Positions 61,040 to 64,000 of a stretch of 64,000 nt of DNA are shown here, in pieces. A program made the position numbers and the translations under genes. Origin of the DNA: Takakia lepidozioides (lineage: Eukaryota > Plantae > Bryophyta); the NCBI GenBank assembly GCA_030704615.1, contig CM060732.1, positions 25,110,001 to 25,174,000 of the forward strand, written 5' to 3'. Under the pieces are notes generated by a model. That model was not told the origin of the DNA. It searched no databases and saw only the letters and a list, made by a program, of their open reading frames with translations. Each line of letters begins with the position of its first letter. Position 1 is the first letter of the stretch.

Positions 61040-61539
61040 NNNNNNNNNNNNNNNNNNNNNNNNNNNNNNNNNNNNNNNNNNNNNNNNNNNNNNNNNNNNN
61101 NNNNNNNNNNNNNNNNNNNNNNNNNNNNNNNNNNNNNNNNNNNNNNNNNNNNNNNNNNNNNNNNNNNNNNNNNNNNNNNNNNNNNNNNNNNNNNNNNNNN
61201 NNNNNNNNNNNNNNNNNNNNNNNNNNNNNNNNNNNNNNNNNNNNNNNNNNNNNNNNNNNNNNNNNNNNNNNNNNNNNNNNNNNNNNNNNNNNNNNNNNNN
61301 NNNNNNNNNNNNNNNNNNNNNNNNNNNNNNNNNNNNNNNNNNNNNNNNNNNNNNNNNNNNNNNNNNNNNNNNNNNNNNNNNNNNNNNNNNNNNNNNNNNN
61401 NNNNNNNNNNNNNNNNNNNNNNNNNNNNNNNNNNNNNNNNNNNNNNNNNNNNNNNNNNNNNNNNNNNNNNNNNNNNNNNNNNNNNNNNNNNNNNNNNNNN
61501 NNNNNNNNNNNNNNNNNNNNNNNNNNNNNNNNNNNNNNN
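61040..61539. other. Assembly gap (500 N)
   Basis: Run of N. Confidence 1.
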
Positions 61540-61882
61540 TATTCAAGCTCTCCGCCCCGTTCGCTATTAACCGGCCCTCCGGAACTGACCCCCCCAAAAA
61601 AAACAAAAAAAACAAGTATGATATAGAGAGGATGTGAGTGGGAGGTTCTTCTACTCCGGGCCACCATGCCAAAGGCACAAACATAATCATGTATGGTATC
61701 AACAAACAAGGGTTTTTAGCCCATACCACATAGCTTGTGTTTCGGGTAAAGAACAGGCGTGGGCGGATATAAAAATATTGAAAGTGGAGGAGAGGGTGGT
61801 GGGGAGGGGAAGGAGGGGGCGGGCGGGGGGGGGCAGAGAGAAAACGTTTTGGAAAAAGAGGGGGCAAGCAGGCAGCTCCGCG

Positions 61883-62001
61883 TGGGTGCAGCATCGGGAC
61901 TTCCCGAGAGGTCACCCATCCCAGTACTATTCCGGCCCAAAGGCGCTTAACTTCAAAGTTCTGATGGGATCTGGTGTAGTAGCCTTGGTATGACCACACC
62001 A
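61883..62001 (-). rRNA. 5S rRNA gene copy, probably a pseudogene
   Basis: GGTCATACCAAGGCTACTACACCAGATCCCATCAGAAC..GTTAAGCG..AGTACTGGGATGGGTGACC..GGAAGTCCC, 119 bp. A few apparent transition changes versus the bryophyte 5S sequence as I recall it; TATA-like motif about 27 bp upstream; T5 run about 25 bp downstream. Confidence 0.93.
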
Positions 62002-62374
62002 CAACATCAAGTCTCAGCGCTTGCTACTTATAAAGGACCCTCCTGCTTTATTCAACCCCTCCCATTCCTTCTCTTCATTTTGCCCGTTCGTGTTATATTT
62101 GTTGGAGGGCCAAGAGATGCCTCTTGCTATTTTATTCAAGCTCTCCGCCCTCGTTCGCTATTAACCGGCCTCCGGAACTGCCCCCCCCCAAAAAAAAAAA
62201 AAAAAACAACCACGTTTGGTACCATGCCAATGATACATTCATCCATCAGCCTCCTAGTTCATCACTTGTCTGCAAATCTAAGAGTTTTATGGGACCAGTC
62301 TTACCCTTACAGTCTGCTCGTCACTTATTCGTGTATTGGCAAACTTAACCGGGGGGAAGAAAAAACGCGGCGGT

Positions 62375-63060
62375 GATTCCCTTGGTGTGAGGCAAGAGCT
62401 CCAAGCCCAAAACCGTATGCCACGACTATGGCCTCAAGAAGATGGTGTGGACATGAACAATGTTCCCATGTGGAAGTATAGGGCGCCAATTGGGACATGG
62501 ACAAAGGAGGAATACAAGCAAGTCCGAACCACAATACGAGGTATCCGGACCCCAACCAGTTATGGCGCTCTCTACACAACAAATTTGAGGATGCCACCAC
62601 TATCCGTGGTTTGAAGTCTCATGACTACAACAACATTTTTCAAGACATCCTTCCCATTGCAATACGAGGGACACTACATGAGGGCATGAGGGCATGAGGG
62701 CATGAGGGCATTCGGAAAGCCGTCTATCGATTGGGGGATTTGTTCCGATGGATTTGCACAAAAGAGATGAAAGAGAAATATTTCAAACGAATGAAAGTGG
62801 AGGCGGCCACGGTGTTGTGTATGTTGTAGATGCATCTTCCTCCTTCATTCTTTGACCTCCAAGTGCACTGGTAGGCATTGGTGGAGGAGGCCGAGATTGC
62901 CGGTCCGGTCCATGCTCGTTGGATGTACTTTCTTGAGTGCTATATGAAGGACTTGAAAGCACATGTGCGACAAAGGGCGCATCCCGAGGATAGTATGGCG
63001 GAGGGGTACACCTTGCATGAGGCTATGGTTCTATGTTTGGAGTACATGAAGAGGGTGGAC
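62375..63060 (+). pseudogene. CACTA/En-Spm transposase fragment (DUF4218-type region)
   Basis: GLKSHDY..QDILPIAIRG, LPPSFFD.QVH, GPVHARWMY..E.YMK.LK..VR.RAHPE.SMAEGY, with stops, frameshifts and an expanded GAGGGCAT 8-mer. Confidence 0.88.
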
Positions 63061-64000
63061 AAACCATTTTCCCCAATCCATTGGCCATCCCATTTGTTTT
63101 GAAGGTGGCAATGGCTGAACATGGCACAATAGGCTTTATTGGCTGTATATTGGAAGAAATGGTTTGGGAATCAGGAAAATGCCAGTGCCATTTACTTGGG
63201 TCAACCTAAAGACCCATGGGCAATTCTACCTCAATCCAAAAGAATGAATTGCTTACCAGCCAAGTCGTTAGTGGTACAGTATGCTTGCAGGGTCCAAATC
63301 GGGTTAATTTCATTTGAAGTGGAAGATAATATGGAGCCTATCACTATAGAGATAATTGATATATGTTAGGTTAGACATAACATGTTGCTTGTAGTGTTGT
63401 TGTGAAAATATGGCAGGCCGAGGAGATGCAAGGCATGGGCTTTTAGTATGTACATATTGTAATTGGTTTTCATGAAGCATATCACAGTGACCTTGCACTA
63501 GCATGGTTGTGGGCCCAATGCCAGGGTGATTTTCCATGGAGTCTGGATGGATTGGACGAGCAAGTTGTATCCATGTAGGTTTGTCTTGTGCGTCCCTACA
63601 ATTCACCGATTTCATCATATACTAAAAAAAATTCTCATGTGTTTTGAAGTTTATTGAACTGAGATCAGCTGATCTTAACGTCCAAAGGGTCGTTTGGAAT
63701 GCACTATAGAGAATGACATGAGATCTTTGAAGTTTGATGGCCATGGAAATGACATGTGAAATCTCACACTACATCTTCAGTGGAGGTTTGTTCTTCCTCA
63801 AGATTATAAGTTGACATGTGTCACAAAATTCTATCGGAAAACTTAATGCAATCTCAAGACAAAATGAAATATACAAAAGCAACCCCGGCTTATAAGAAGC
63901 AACAATCAAATACGAAAATATGTGGTCTCTTTAAGAATGTTGCGTGCTATGAGGTGCGAGCAGCTTGCTCCTGTAAAAGCTTTACCCTGGGACTCTTATG

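Noticed and set aside
60452-62002. Long ORFs spanning the N run
   Set aside because: Artefacts of translating the assembly gap.
61540-62210. Cassandra TRIM
   Set aside because: The 5S copy is full length and lies between the direct repeats rather than inside paired LTRs.
63061-64000. Possible decayed coding sequence on the minus strand
   Set aside because: Could not be assigned to any family by eye.

Overview
Eukaryotic land-plant DNA, probably a bryophyte: the 5S sequence is moss-like, and PLS-DYW PPR remnants and spliceosomal introns are present (host is inference). Bases 1-6.8 kb hold one multi-exon nodulin-like/NFD4-type MFS gene on the minus strand, with a (TC)n-associated LINE in an intron. 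The rest is a nested transposon cluster plus a PPR-DYW pseudogene, a 500-N gap, a 5S rRNA copy and a CACTA transposase remnant. Three items stand out. (1) A decayed Ty3/Gypsy element carries a DNMT3-type C5 cytosine methyltransferase between protease and RT and a PHD finger after integrase; a chromovirus insertion splits it. (2) A DNA-transposon-like family carries a spliced beta-class N4C/N6A methyltransferase-like gene and subfamily-specific palindrome arrays. (3) A very young Gypsy element has LTR ends permuted by about 11 bp around a palindromic att-like site, as expected if it integrated from a 2-LTR circle. All calls were made by eye; no database searches were run.
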